From a virus (taxonomy: Duplodnaviria > Caudoviricetes), in IMG/VR virus record IMGVR_UViG_3300027983_002389: a stretch of DNA of 64,000 nt; one strand, 5' to 3'. Below the pieces are notes generated by a model that was not told the DNA's origin, did no database searches, and saw only the letters and a program-made list of their open reading frames with translations. A program made the translations under genes and the position numbers. Every line of letters starts with the position of its first letter. Position 1 is the first letter of the stretch. Positions 46,711 to 56,264 of this stretch are shown piece after piece.

Positions 46711-46781
46711 GGCCCATTCGTCTAATGGCAGGACGTAACCCTCTCACGGTTAAAACAGGAGTTCGATTCTCCTATGGGTCA
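46711..46781 (+). tRNA. tRNA-Glu(CTC)
   Basis: TAACC-CTCTCAC-GGTTA. Confidence 0.9.
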
Positions 46782-46790
46782 CTGGTATTT

Positions 46791-46914
46791 GCCGGGTTAG
46801 CTCAATGGTAGAGCGCCAAAAATACTCTCAGCAATATTTGGGCTTCGGCCATGCTCGTTGGGATTACATTCCATTCTAAGGAGGAGGTTGTTGGTCCGAA
46901 TCCAACACCCGGCA
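46791..46914 (+). ncRNA. tRNA-like RNA with about 65-nt anticodon-arm replacement
   Basis: GCCGGGT/ACCCGGC, GCTC-AATGGTA-GAGC, GTTGG/CCAAC. Confidence 0.7.
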
Positions 46915-46916
46915 CT

Positions 46917-47753
46917 ATGATTTGCGTATACCTAGTAAACGAAGAACCGGCGTATATTGGGATGTTGTCCCTTAGCCTTAAAATGCTGCGGCAGCACAAT
47001 CCAAGTGTGCCAGTTGTCGTTTACTATGTCCAAGATGGCAAACGAGACTCTCGAAGAATTCCACTGACAGAGATAACCAGAGCTTTGAATAAGTTGCCGA
47101 ACGATTATTTATCGTTCAGTAACTTGTGCGAAGAACTCAATGTCGAAGTTCGAGTTCGTAAGTCAAAGCAAGAAGAGGCATATTACTCTTTGCATCGCCT
47201 ATTGCTGCAAGAGATTGAAGAAGAGACAGTGCTTCTGTTAGATGGCGACACGTTCATATTTGGCAATATTGAGGGGTTCCCTCAGATGTATGCTGGATAC
47301 GATTTTGTGGCAACGCCGAATTCTTGGGGTATGGTCCATCCGGTTCCTGGTTTAGACCCCAACTTCAGATCGTTTAATTCTGGCGTCGTGCTGTGCCAGA
47401 ATGGTGTTTTCAAGCGATGGATGGATTCAATTGGCGATTATTGTCAAAGGTTATATGATGGTTGCCATCCACAGTCAGAGTGGTTGTGGAGCGTAAGTGC
47501 AGAATGTGCTGGAAGAGAAGAGTTGGCAGCGAGTTTGTTTGTTTTGGACAATGGCTTGAAGTATAGATACTTCGAGAATGAGCATGTGCAAATGGGGAGT
47601 TACGATAGTAACGCCCGCATATTGCACACACTAAGTCCAAATTGGCATTCATTATACAATGAATGCTTTAAGCCACAGCGTAAAAGGCTTTTCAAGCCAC
47701 GCTTAAAAAATGATGCAGATGCCGGTGGTCAAACAGATAATGATCTTGATTAG
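46917..47753 (+). CDS. glycosyltransferase (GT8-like)
   Basis: SL..LRQHNP, LLLDGDT (DxD), FNSGV. Confidence 0.75.
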   Translation: MICVYLVNEEPAYIGMLSLSLKMLRQHNPSVPVVVYYVQDGKRDSRRIPLTEITRALNKLPNDYLSFSNLCEELNVEVRVRKSKQEEAYYSLHRLLLQEIEEETVLLLDGDTFIFGNIEGFPQMYAGYDFVATPNSWGMVHPVPGLDPNFRSFNSGVVLCQNGVFKRWMDSIGDYCQRLYDGCHPQSEWLWSVSAECAGREELAASLFVLDNGLKYRYFENEHVQMGSYDSNARILHTLSPNWHSLYNECFKPQRKRLFKPRLKNDADAGGQTDNDLD

Positions 47754-47846
47754 CCACCAAAGGCCGATGGCAATACCGCCAATTCCTAATCCGAACAACC
47801 AAGTTTTGAATGATTTAAGTTTAGAAATGAACTTATCCTTGTCCAT
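47703..47846 (-). CDS. small membrane protein
   Basis: GGAGGT RBS, hydrophobic 47 aa. Confidence 0.6.
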   Translation of the reverse strand: MDKDKFISKLKSFKTWLFGLGIGGIAIGLWWLIKIIICLTTGICIIF

Positions 47847-48129
47847 ATGTACCTCCTTGAATACGATATACGATATAAGGTATATATGCAGGTGACTACT
47901 ATGAAAAACAAGAAGACCGCAAAGCAGTTGAAAAAGCAAGAAAAGCGTGAACATCGTGTAACAATAGCTAGCTGTCCATGCTAAGTGCGATTGTGGCTGT
48001 TGCACGGCGACGATGCGATTCAAAAACAAAGTCAAAAGCAGGGCTTGCTAATTCGGCAACAATAGTTGATGATGAAGGCGTCGTTCAAGAAATTTGCCTA
48101 CCATTGGCACACCTCAGAAAGTACACAGC

Positions 48130-48354
48130 ATGGATTTTCCAGCCCTCGTCAAAGCCGAATTAGAAAAAGCTCGTCGCAAGCATCCTGGCGAACAACGCAA
48201 CCTTCATGAAGGTTATGCGGTGATTCTTGAAGAAGTTGATGAGTTTTGGGATGTGGTGAAAAGCCAAAAACCCGATACGGCTCATGCGTTAGAGGAACTG
48301 GTACAGGTTGCTGCTATGTGTCAGCGAACTGCGGAAGACGTGTTGGGTCAATAA
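48130..48354 (+). CDS. MazG-like NTP pyrophosphohydrolase
   Basis: ILEEVDEF...EELVQVAA. Confidence 0.65.
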   Translation: MDFPALVKAELEKARRKHPGEQRNLHEGYAVILEEVDEFWDVVKSQKPDTAHALEELVQVAAMCQRTAEDVLGQ

Positions 48355-48355
48355 T

Positions 48356-48430
48356 CAGGCTGTAGCTCAGTTTGGCTAGAGCGCTTGGCTGGGGGCCAAG
48401 AAGTCGCAGGTTCAAATCCTGTCAGCCTGA
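48356..48430 (+). tRNA. tRNA-Pro(GGG)
   Basis: CTTGG-CTGGGGG-CCAAG. Confidence 0.9.
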
Positions 48431-48444
48431 CTGATACATAGAAT

Positions 48445-48515
48445 GCCTCATTGGTCTAATGGTATGATACTTCTTTCGTAAAGAAGTTGCAGGGGTTCGA
48501 TTCCCTTATGAGGCT
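48445..48515 (+). tRNA. tRNA-Thr(CGT)
   Basis: CTTCT-TTCGTAA-AGAAG. Confidence 0.85.
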
Positions 48516-48519
48516 CTTT

Positions 48520-48593
48520 ATCGCTATGGTGCTGGGTACACAGTTGTCTCTCATAAGGACGACGTGGTGAGTTCGATTCTCACCTTAGCGACT
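48520..48593 (+). tRNA. atypical tRNA with CAT anticodon (Met/Ile2)
   Basis: GTTGTCT-CTCATAA-GGACGAC extended stem. Confidence 0.6.
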
Positions 48594-48645
48594 CTATTTG
48601 TGTGAGGAAATGTGTCTTTCATTGACACCGACACTACATAGTTTC

Positions 48646-49569
48646 ATGTTAAAACATGCGACATATGAAAAAGTCAAACATCTAATTGGCACTCGACCCG
48701 GCATCATTGTAACCAACGCCTGCAATTTATCATGCGGTGGTTGTTATGCCCAATGTGGAAAATTCTCAAAGGAACAAATGTGGTTTATTTCGATGGATCA
48801 ATTCATCGAAAATCTTGAGTATATCATTGAATACATGTACCGTGGCAAAGTGATTTTGTTTAACGGTGAATCAGTCGATGTTAATTCTCAATCCAATGGC
48901 ATTGATTTGATTGGAGGAGAGCCAACTATTCATCCTGAATGGGGTAAAATTTGGGAACTCATAACGACAAAATATCAAAAAATAAAATTCTTGGTTTCGA
49001 CAAACGGCAGGATAAGTTTCCCACCAGCCAGCAATGTGGATTTTCATCTAGCATATAAAACCAAAACTGTGGGACTTGATTTCGTCTCAACCTTGGTGGC
49101 TCCAATAGATATTATTGGTAATCCAGATCGAAATTATTATTGGCAAACTGCTCAAACAGATTGTGGCATTTGGAAGTCGTTGGGGTGTGTTAATCCCATT
49201 TACAAAAATTCGATTTCTATTTGTTCAGTTGCTTCTTCCTGGAGCGATCTGTTGGATTTGGATTTATGCTGGCCGCTCACACCAGGAAAAAACCCATTTT
49301 CTGAATTAACAGACAAAGACATTAGAGCTATGGCCGAGCAGGTTTGCTATCGTTGTGGTTGGTCAAAAAAAATGGACTTACCTGAGAATCAGCAGTCACA
49401 GTTATATGATTTGGTGAGCGAAACCAATCTTGAAGTTTTGATTAAAAATCCTAGAAACAAACCGTACAAAGTGATTTCCCGAGAAGGAGATCAGTTGAAA
49501 CTTAGTGAGTTGAAAAATTCAAAAAACGACTTAGTGTCTTTGACGTACAAGGGAAGTGCGTTGTTGTGA
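48646..49569 (+). CDS. radical SAM protein
   Basis: CNLSCGGC, GGEPT, STNG. Confidence 0.85.
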   Translation: MLKHATYEKVKHLIGTRPGIIVTNACNLSCGGCYAQCGKFSKEQMWFISMDQFIENLEYIIEYMYRGKVILFNGESVDVNSQSNGIDLIGGEPTIHPEWGKIWELITTKYQKIKFLVSTNGRISFPPASNVDFHLAYKTKTVGLDFVSTLVAPIDIIGNPDRNYYWQTAQTDCGIWKSLGCVNPIYKNSISICSVASSWSDLLDLDLCWPLTPGKNPFSELTDKDIRAMAEQVCYRCGWSKKMDLPENQQSQLYDLVSETNLEVLIKNPRNKPYKVISREGDQLKLSELKNSKNDLVSLTYKGSALL

Positions 49570-49602
49570 AATTTTGCTGGAGTCAATTTTCTACATAATT
49601 GC

Positions 49603-50187
49603 ATGTTAAAGTGTCAACCCATAGATTTATTTTGGCAGGACTTGGTTGATTGGCTCGTTTTTTTTGGGCATGATCGCAATCAGGTTGTATGCGGCTCAAT
49701 GCCAAAAGAGACGATTCTGCGTCTTTCTCAAATATTGACTGGTAATGGATTGCAGATTGGTGGTTTCGTTGGTGTGGCTCATTGTTGCTTGGCAAGGATG
49801 TTGTCCTACAAAGGCACAATTTGCACAGTGGACCCTAACTTAACTCATCGGGATATTAAAAATCCACTCCTTGTGCTTTTCCAACTTGTCCAACATTTTA
49901 ATCTGTCAAGCAATTCAATGTTGGTCTGTGGACATGCTAATGAGCAGATGAGAATATTCGCTGCGATGGGTATGAAATTTGATTTCATCATATTGGATGG
50001 AAATCATGATTACTCTTTTGTCGCAAATGAAATCAAGCTGGCCGATCCGATTCTCAAATCGGGCGGCTATTTGGTTTTAGATGACATTGACTATTGGGAT
50101 GGTCCTAAAAAGGCTATTGACGAAACCTTGCCGGGTTATGTCCGTATCGAACTGGACTCCAGAGCAGGACTTTTGCAGAAGAAATGA
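49603..50187 (+). CDS. class I SAM methyltransferase (Methyltransf_24-like)
   Basis: FDFIILDGNH, LKSGGYLVLDD. Confidence 0.8.
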   Translation: MLKCQPIDLFWQDLVDWLVFFGHDRNQVVCGSMPKETILRLSQILTGNGLQIGGFVGVAHCCLARMLSYKGTICTVDPNLTHRDIKNPLLVLFQLVQHFNLSSNSMLVCGHANEQMRIFAAMGMKFDFIILDGNHDYSFVANEIKLADPILKSGGYLVLDDIDYWDGPKKAIDETLPGYVRIELDSRAGLLQKK

Positions 50188-50222
50188 TACGCTCGTAAAA
50201 ACCACAAGTTATTTCTTGTGAC

Positions 50223-50251
50223 TTTACAACAGAAATAACCTGTGGTAGAAT
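50223..50251 (+). promoter_or_regulatory. promoter TTTACA-N17-TAGAAT
   Basis: motif match. Confidence 0.7.
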
Positions 50252-50365
50252 GGTTGGTCGGTAAAAATCACGTCTTTCTTGAAAAGTTCAATTTCCTTAA
50301 CTGAAATGTGATTGTGAATCCTAAATATCTTGGACTGCTTCGGTGGTCCAAGTGTTTAGGAATAT

Positions 50366-50440
50366 CGGGGTGTAGCTCAGTTTGGCTAGAGCGCTTGCTT
50401 TGGGAGCAAGAAGTCGCAGGTTCGAGTCCTGTCACCCCGA
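50366..50440 (+). tRNA. tRNA-Pro(TGG)
   Basis: CTTGC-TTTGGGA-GCAAG. Confidence 0.92.
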
Positions 50441-50545
50441 CTTCGCCTAAGACAACCAGTGCTGGTCTTGGATGACGTAAAATGCTTAAATTCTGCGGTG
50501 TGACTGACAAGGAAAACCAACGATTCTGGTCGAGGCGATCTCATT

Positions 50546-50812
50546 ATGAAATTCAAACGTCGCAAGACTGACAAGGGATTTCTCTACATATTCTGGTGTC
50601 CAGGTTGTCGAGCAAACCATACATTTGATGTTCGGGACGGCGAATGGGAGTTTGATGGTGATTGGGAAAATCCAACTTTCTCGCCATCATTGAATCTCTT
50701 GCCACAAGGCGGTAGATGTCACCTATTTGTTAGGGAGGGCATTATTGAATTCTTGGGCGATTGCAATCATCATCTTAGAAGTCAGCAAGTCCCGATGGTT
50801 GAAATAGAATAA
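50546..50812 (+). CDS. DUF6527-like Zn-binding protein
   Basis: CPGC...H, W.FDG...PTFSPS, CH.FV..G.I. Confidence 0.7.
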   Translation: MKFKRRKTDKGFLYIFWCPGCRANHTFDVRDGEWEFDGDWENPTFSPSLNLLPQGGRCHLFVREGIIEFLGDCNHHLRSQQVPMVEIE

Positions 50813-50950
50813 CCCGTCGTTCCTCTCCCGGAAACGGTGACGAACATAAGGGGCGGGTATATAAAGGGAATAAAGTCATTTACTTTGAGTTTGGAAATTC
50901 CGTAGCTCATATTTTTCTCATTTTCTTGAGATAAGTGAGCTACATATGGT

Positions 50951-51445
50951 ATGGAAAAACATGCTATTGAAGAACTTATTCAAATCAACCTTTCGCAAAG
51001 GGAGATCGCAGTCAAATTGGAATGTTCCCAATCAACTGTTAAATACTGGCTCAAACAGTTTGGGTTAAAAACAAGACAAGCCCAATACAACGAAAAATCG
51101 CAATTTGAGTGTGAGTGTGGCGAGAAAAATCCACATAAGTTTACAAACAGAGGCAAAGGGCGTGTTTGTAAAACTGTTTGTAAAAGTTGTCACTATAAAC
51201 AAAGAATTGAAAGATACCGTAGCAAGAAGCTAAAGGCTATCGAATATAAGGGTGGAAAATGCAAAAAATGTGGATACGATAAGTGTCCTGGTTCTTTGCA
51301 GTTCCATCACAGAAATCCATCTGAAAAAGACCCTAATTGGAAGCATGTTCGTAGTTGGAGTTTTTCTAAGACCAAAAAAGAACTTGATAAATGCGATTTG
51401 TTATGCGCTAATTGTCATGGTGAAGTTCATTGGGACGTGGTGTAA
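50951..51445 (+). mobile_element. HTH + HNH homing endonuclease
   Basis: SQREIA..L..SQSTV HTH; GGKCKKCGY...LQFHH, LCANCH. Confidence 0.88.
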
Positions 51446-51503
51446 TTGGGAACACACAACAATGGCATTCAAGAGGTCAGGGGTTCAACTCCCCTCGGCT
51501 CCA
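51432..51503 (+). pseudogene. chimeric tRNA-Ala(GGC)
   Basis: Ala-type 3' half (CGGCTCCA) does not pair with 5' half; ATGGCAT loop. Confidence 0.6.
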
Positions 51504-51507
51504 CTAC

Positions 51508-51700
51508 CTCTGGTTGTTTACGACCGGAAGGCTGAATCAACAGTGTATCGGTCGTATTACGACTGATGGGGACTTCGGATCAGACCGGCTTTGGAATAAG
51601 CTAACTCGCAGGGCGTAGCTTCGTGCAACATTCGTCCCGGTAAAACCGTTCTTCGGATGCCCATATCGGAGGCTGTATTGGTTGTCAGTCACCCACTCTG
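51508..51700 (+). ncRNA. putative structured RNA
   Basis: GGCTGA..CAGT pairs with GCTG..TCAGTC; ATCGGTCGT/ACGACTGAT hairpin. Confidence 0.4.
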
Positions 51701-51728
51701 GAGAATCAACAAATTGGTCCGACTTTAT

Positions 51729-51799
51729 ACCCGATTGGTGAAACGGTATCACACCACTATGACACGGTGATGTCAGAGGTTCGACTCCTCTATCGGGTA
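51729..51799 (+). tRNA. tRNA-Val(GAC)
   Basis: ATGACAC loop; ACCCGAT/ATCGGGT. Confidence 0.85.
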
Positions 51800-51804
51800 C
51801 TATC

Positions 51805-52143
51805 TTGAACACGACATGGCTACTCACAATTCCAGCATTCCTAGTATTCTGTGCCGGTGCTTATTGCACTTACAATAAAGGCATCAGAGAGTCCTGGATA
51901 TATTTTCCCGTCTACGTTGGCTTGTCGCTCATCTCTTCATTTATTTGGGTTTTCGTCGCTCGCCGACTTGATACCACAAATAATCTTCTCTTGTTCTCTT
52001 TGGTTTGGGACGTATTGATGGTGCTGGCGTATTACGCTGGTCCTCTCGTCTTCAAAGGTGAGAACCTAAGTTGGCAGGCATATGCAGCCGCCGCTCTCAC
52101 TGTAACCGGCATATGTTGGTTCAAAATCGCCATTGGCGATTAG
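51805..52143 (+). CDS. small 4-TM membrane protein (DMT/SMR-like)
   Basis: four hydrophobic segments, FKGE.LS motif. Confidence 0.6.
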   Translation: MNTTWLLTIPAFLVFCAGAYCTYNKGIRESWIYFPVYVGLSLISSFIWVFVARRLDTTNNLLLFSLVWDVLMVLAYYAGPLVFKGENLSWQAYAAAALTVTGICWFKIAIGD

Positions 52144-52425
52144 TTTGTGTTTTCACCGTTCCAGAAAACCTACGGAAATCTGGTTCAAGCAACTAACCAC
52201 CTTCACCCTGGTAAGGAAGTCTATGTCCGGAATTTGCAGTAGACATATTGAAAAAGTAATTGGTTGCCCGTTGTGTGATAGCACACCTTCCGACGTACTG
52301 ACTAATTTTGGTTGGCTCGTCCATCCACGATGACACCTATACCGGCTACAAGTGTTGGGAAGGTTATTTTGAAAACTTTGAACTTTGTGAAGTTCAAAAA
52401 ATGACAGTGCAAGGATAGGTTAAAA

Positions 52426-53169
52426 ATGGCAGTCAATTGTGGACCAGTGGGCAGCTTCATAATTCGCATTTGCCCTCCATTGAAGGGTAAAAAGTTTTGC
52501 TTGCAAATTCGCAATCATCGAGTGGGCAGCAATACTTTTCAATGCCACAAAGAGGTCGTTGACAATAAGTGGCAAGGCGAATGTGTCATCTGCGATCAAT
52601 GCAACAAGTTCTACAAAGAACATTTTGACAATGACGGTTTAGGCTTTCTTGCTGCTCCGCATGATAAGCCTCGGTTCTTTTCAGGCAGTGTCGAAGATTT
52701 TAAGCGTGAACTCAATTCGATCAAGCCTAGCGAACGCTATTACTTCAACAGCATTGTGCGAGGCGAAGAAGAACGTGGTGTTCTAAATTGGTCCTGTGGT
52801 AAAACCATATACGCCAAAATCCTGGAAGGCATTGTCGGAAACGAAAGTAATCCAAATGTGGTTGCTCTAGGCGATATAACCGACCCTAAGAAGGGATTTG
52901 ATCTGCATGTCAGAAGGACTATCAAAAATACCGATAATGGACCATGGCCAGATTATTCGAGTTCGCAGTTCCTTCCATCAACACCAATGGGTAAACCCAA
53001 GCAGGTTAAATTGTGGCTGGCTCAATTGCGTGACTTGACCGCTCTGCGTATTCTTTCTTCTAAAGAAGATATGATAGACGCTATGGAAGATGTTTTTGGG
53101 CATCTTGGTCCTGTGAACTCAAAGCAAAAATATCGTTCCATTTCTGATCCATTTGTTCCTTCTTGGTAA
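52426..53169 (+). CDS. T4 gp32-like single-stranded DNA-binding protein
   Basis: H...CVIC, ERYYFN.IVR, GKTIY.KI, DP.KGFD, PDYSSSQF. Confidence 0.7.
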   Translation: MAVNCGPVGSFIIRICPPLKGKKFCLQIRNHRVGSNTFQCHKEVVDNKWQGECVICDQCNKFYKEHFDNDGLGFLAAPHDKPRFFSGSVEDFKRELNSIKPSERYYFNSIVRGEEERGVLNWSCGKTIYAKILEGIVGNESNPNVVALGDITDPKKGFDLHVRRTIKNTDNGPWPDYSSSQFLPSTPMGKPKQVKLWLAQLRDLTALRILSSKEDMIDAMEDVFGHLGPVNSKQKYRSISDPFVPSW

Positions 53170-53179
53170 TATATAAGAT

Positions 53180-53590
53180 ATGCTCCCTAGCAAGCTGAAA
53201 CTGTATTTTGACGGATCATGCGAGCCAAAGAACCCCGGTGGAATAGCCGGGTATGGATGGCGTCTAGTTGACATGGATGGCAACGAGGTCGATACAGACC
53301 GTGGTGAGGTCTGCCGGGGTCCGGGAGCAACAAATAACATTGCTGAATGGGCGGCGGTAACGAATGGACTGCGTTACCTTAAAGAAAAAGAATGGCAAGG
53401 CACACTGGAAATATTCGGTGATTCCCAACTTGTCATTCGTCAATTGCTTGGGGAATATAAGGTCCGCAAGGACACCTTAATCCCATATCACAAAGAATGT
53501 GTGTCTCTTTTGGAAAACCTTCAGTGGAAGGCAATTTGGATTCCCAGAGAACAAAATGAGGAATGTGATCGACTTTCTAAGCACGGCTGA
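53180..53590 (+). CDS. rnhA: ribonuclease HI
   Basis: YFDGSC..NPG, TNNIAE, GDSQLV, WIPREQN..CD. Confidence 0.92.
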   Translation: MLPSKLKLYFDGSCEPKNPGGIAGYGWRLVDMDGNEVDTDRGEVCRGPGATNNIAEWAAVTNGLRYLKEKEWQGTLEIFGDSQLVIRQLLGEYKVRKDTLIPYHKECVSLLENLQWKAIWIPREQNEECDRLSKHG

Positions 53591-53651
53591 TTGATCGAGG
53601 TTTAATTCTCCCATATAATTGGATATTCCAGTTTCAAATAGGGAGATCAAC

Positions 53652-54899
53652 ATGCAGGTCAATTATCGTGTTTCGGCTTCGGGCTATCCTGTTTACCACG
53701 TTCAAATGAAAGATGCCTCCGTTTGTGAGGCACATATCGTTTCTAATTGCGGGTCTTCCCATGAAGACCCTGATTCTTGGGGCGTGGCACACTTCCTGGA
53801 GCATATGTGCTTCCAAGGAACTCCTACCAAGAATAAACACCAAGTAAGTCGTGAACAGTCGTTAGTTGGTTCGTACAACGCATATACGAATCAATTCAAT
53901 ACTGTCTATCACTTTGACTCACTCAACGAAGACTTCGAGAAGGGCTTTGGACTTCTTAAAGAGGCCGTCTTTGATTCTTGTTATCCTGAAAAGGAATTTG
54001 AGAAAGAAAAGAGCGTAATCATCGAGGAGTGGAGGATGTATGACAATTATCCCTCGGAACACTTCTCTGACTACATTCTTGAAAAATGCTACGGTGCTGC
54101 TGAAGGACACCCGATCATTGGCACGGAAGAGTCCATCCAGTGCATGAACCCTGAAAAGTTGCATCGGTTCAGGAACAAGTGGTATGGCAAAAACAATATC
54201 TTTGTTGTTATTGTCGGGAATCTGGACTTCGAGAAGGTGATGGAAGTTGTCGATAAGACGCTCCCGCCAGCACCAGATGTTGAAACCAGTCCTATTTGTT
54301 TGAATGATTTCTTTGCAGACCAGCCGAAGTATAAATTCGAGACTGATCGCTTTGAACAAGCTGCGTTTGGTCTAGTCAGCAAGTGGCCATCGCCAAAAGA
54401 GGTTTATAAGAATCGCTATATTGCGAGCTTCTTTTCCTCTGCTTTGTCCAAGTATATGTATGAGTATATTCGAGATGACCTGGGTTTGTGTTATGGAGTA
54501 TGGAACAGTCGTTTCCGTCACTTCGATAATTCTTACTTGATGATCTCGATGCTCACCAATAATGGATATTTGGAAAAGGCTGAAACCGAGTTGGAGAATT
54601 TGTTCTCCAAAATCAAATCGGAAGGCTTCCCAAATGAAGTCTTTGAGATCGCCAAGAAGAAACTGACCTACAATCAAGTCAAGACGCTGGACAACGTAAG
54701 TGGCATTGCCGGATCGGTTGTGAATAGCGTGCTTGGTTCCGCTGACAAAGACTGGTTTCTGTCAGAAGGACAAAAGGGCATGGACCCTGCTTGGTTGAAG
54801 TCGGTTGCTGCTCAACTGAGCCAGGACGACCTCAAGGAATTTGCCAACAATTGGCTTGGTGGTTTCACCAAGTTTGCGATGGTTTCCACCAAGAAGTAA
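53652..54899 (+). CDS. M16 (insulinase) family peptidase
   Basis: GVAHFLEHMCFQGT, NAYT, EK.VIIEE, IRDDLGLCY. Confidence 0.9.
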   Translation: MQVNYRVSASGYPVYHVQMKDASVCEAHIVSNCGSSHEDPDSWGVAHFLEHMCFQGTPTKNKHQVSREQSLVGSYNAYTNQFNTVYHFDSLNEDFEKGFGLLKEAVFDSCYPEKEFEKEKSVIIEEWRMYDNYPSEHFSDYILEKCYGAAEGHPIIGTEESIQCMNPEKLHRFRNKWYGKNNIFVVIVGNLDFEKVMEVVDKTLPPAPDVETSPICLNDFFADQPKYKFETDRFEQAAFGLVSKWPSPKEVYKNRYIASFFSSALSKYMYEYIRDDLGLCYGVWNSRFRHFDNSYLMISMLTNNGYLEKAETELENLFSKIKSEGFPNEVFEIAKKKLTYNQVKTLDNVSGIAGSVVNSVLGSADKDWFLSEGQKGMDPAWLKSVAAQLSQDDLKEFANNWLGGFTKFAMVSTKK

Positions 54900-54948
54900 T
54901 TTACAGTCTTCGCATCCTGTGATATCATTGGAGGTAAGGAACCCAACC

Positions 54949-55455
54949 ATGAAATACGTTGAAGCATTCTCAATGGAACACGCCGCCCAATATCGTGGCG
55001 GGCCTCTTGGCAATATCGAGCCTGGAGAGAACAGCTTATTCCTTGGTGGTGGCATCACAGGTTGCATTGATTGGCAAGCTGAGATGTGTCGCTTGTTGAA
55101 GGACACCGATCTCGTGCTTATCAATCCTCGGCGAAAGCATTGGCCGATGAATGATCCAAACGTATCTGACAAACAGATCAGGTGGGAACACGAGCATCTT
55201 CAGACGGCGAACATGATTATGTTCTGGTTCGCCCCTGAAACGCTTTGCCCGATCACCTTGTTTGAGTATGGCAAGTGGTTGGTTCGCAATAAGCCTTTGT
55301 TTGTAGGGTGCGACCCGGAATACGTGCGGCTGTTGGATGTTCAAGTGCAGACGGCGCTGGAGCGACCTTTTTTGAAGGTCATGACCAGTCTCGAAGAGGT
55401 TGCAGATAGCATTCTTCTGCACATTGACAGGTATACGCCAACCGAGTTTTGCTAA
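54949..55455 (+). CDS. nucleoside 2-deoxyribosyltransferase-like protein
   Basis: FLGGGI, DWQ, NPRR, QI.WE, PITLFEYG. Confidence 0.8.
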   Translation: MKYVEAFSMEHAAQYRGGPLGNIEPGENSLFLGGGITGCIDWQAEMCRLLKDTDLVLINPRRKHWPMNDPNVSDKQIRWEHEHLQTANMIMFWFAPETLCPITLFEYGKWLVRNKPLFVGCDPEYVRLLDVQVQTALERPFLKVMTSLEEVADSILLHIDRYTPTEFC

Positions 55456-55544
55456 TGCCAGTCACAACGATTGAAGAACTCTGGCACGAAATCCTTCATG
55501 GTTTCGTGCCAGAATCAAAGGCTTATTACAGAACTGAATATTAA

Positions 55545-55784
55545 ATGGGGCAAGCAGTTGCTACATATGCTGATAATGAGACTTTCATGATGTCGCCAGA
55601 ACTGAAGATGTATATTCCAAAGATTCTTCAGGCTTGCCGAGATTGGGGTCTGGACTTCTATCTAACTGTGCCAGTGTTTCCAAAAGATAAGTGCCACATG
55701 GATGAACTCAACACACCTGTCGAACACAATGAACGACTTGCAACTGTGCCAGTCTTCAATGAACCTTTTACGCTTCTTGAATAA
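55545..55784 (+). pseudogene. SpoVR-like N-terminal fragment
   Basis: KILQACRDWGLDFY resembles the SpoVR start, then diverges and stops. Confidence 0.45.
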
Positions 55785-55788
55785 ATAT

Positions 55789-55858
55789 GTCTCGGCCTGC
55801 GGATCAGGCGTTGGGCCTCCGAAGCCCGAATGAAAAAGTTCGACTCTTTTCCGAGATA
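55789..55858 (+). tRNA. tRNA-Arg(CCG), non-canonical core
   Basis: TTGGGC-CTCCGAA-GCCCGA. Confidence 0.75.
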
Positions 55859-55863
55859 CTTAT

Positions 55864-55931
55864 GCCCCAGCCGTCGAACGGAGCCAGCGGTTCTAACGCA
55901 GGCGTAGTAGGTTTAACTCCTACCTGGGGTA
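55864..55931 (+). tRNA. tRNA-Arg(TCT), non-canonical core
   Basis: GCCCCAG/CTGGGGT, GTTCTAA loop. Confidence 0.65.
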
Positions 55932-56142
55932 CTTTGAGTCAAATGCCATGATGGGAGTACATTCTTTTCAAATGACCCCTCTCATCAAATAATTTGTTGA
56001 CTCATTTTTCTTTATCAAGGGGATGGGCGTGTAATATGGCAGTCAAGAGGAGATTTGTGGAATGTGAATGCGGTGAGGTATTCACGGAAGGCAAAAATAA
56101 TCAACTTGAAGGCACAAACTGGGTTTAGCGAAAAATGATTAT

Positions 56143-56213
56143 GGCTCGTAAGTGTACCGGAAACACACTGGTCTTCGGAACCAGAAAAGCAGGTTCGATT
56201 CCTGCACGGGCTA
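56143..56213 (+). tRNA. tRNA-Arg(TCG)
   Basis: CTGGT-CTTCGGA-ACCAG. Confidence 0.85.
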
Positions 56214-56264
56214 CTCATGAAATATGAAATATGAAAAGATGGAAAATTTGCGGTAGAATAAAGC

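Noticed and set aside
46851-46916. Longer N-terminus of the GT8-like gene
   Set aside because: Overlaps the tRNA-like RNA; ATG 46917 gives a typical GT start.
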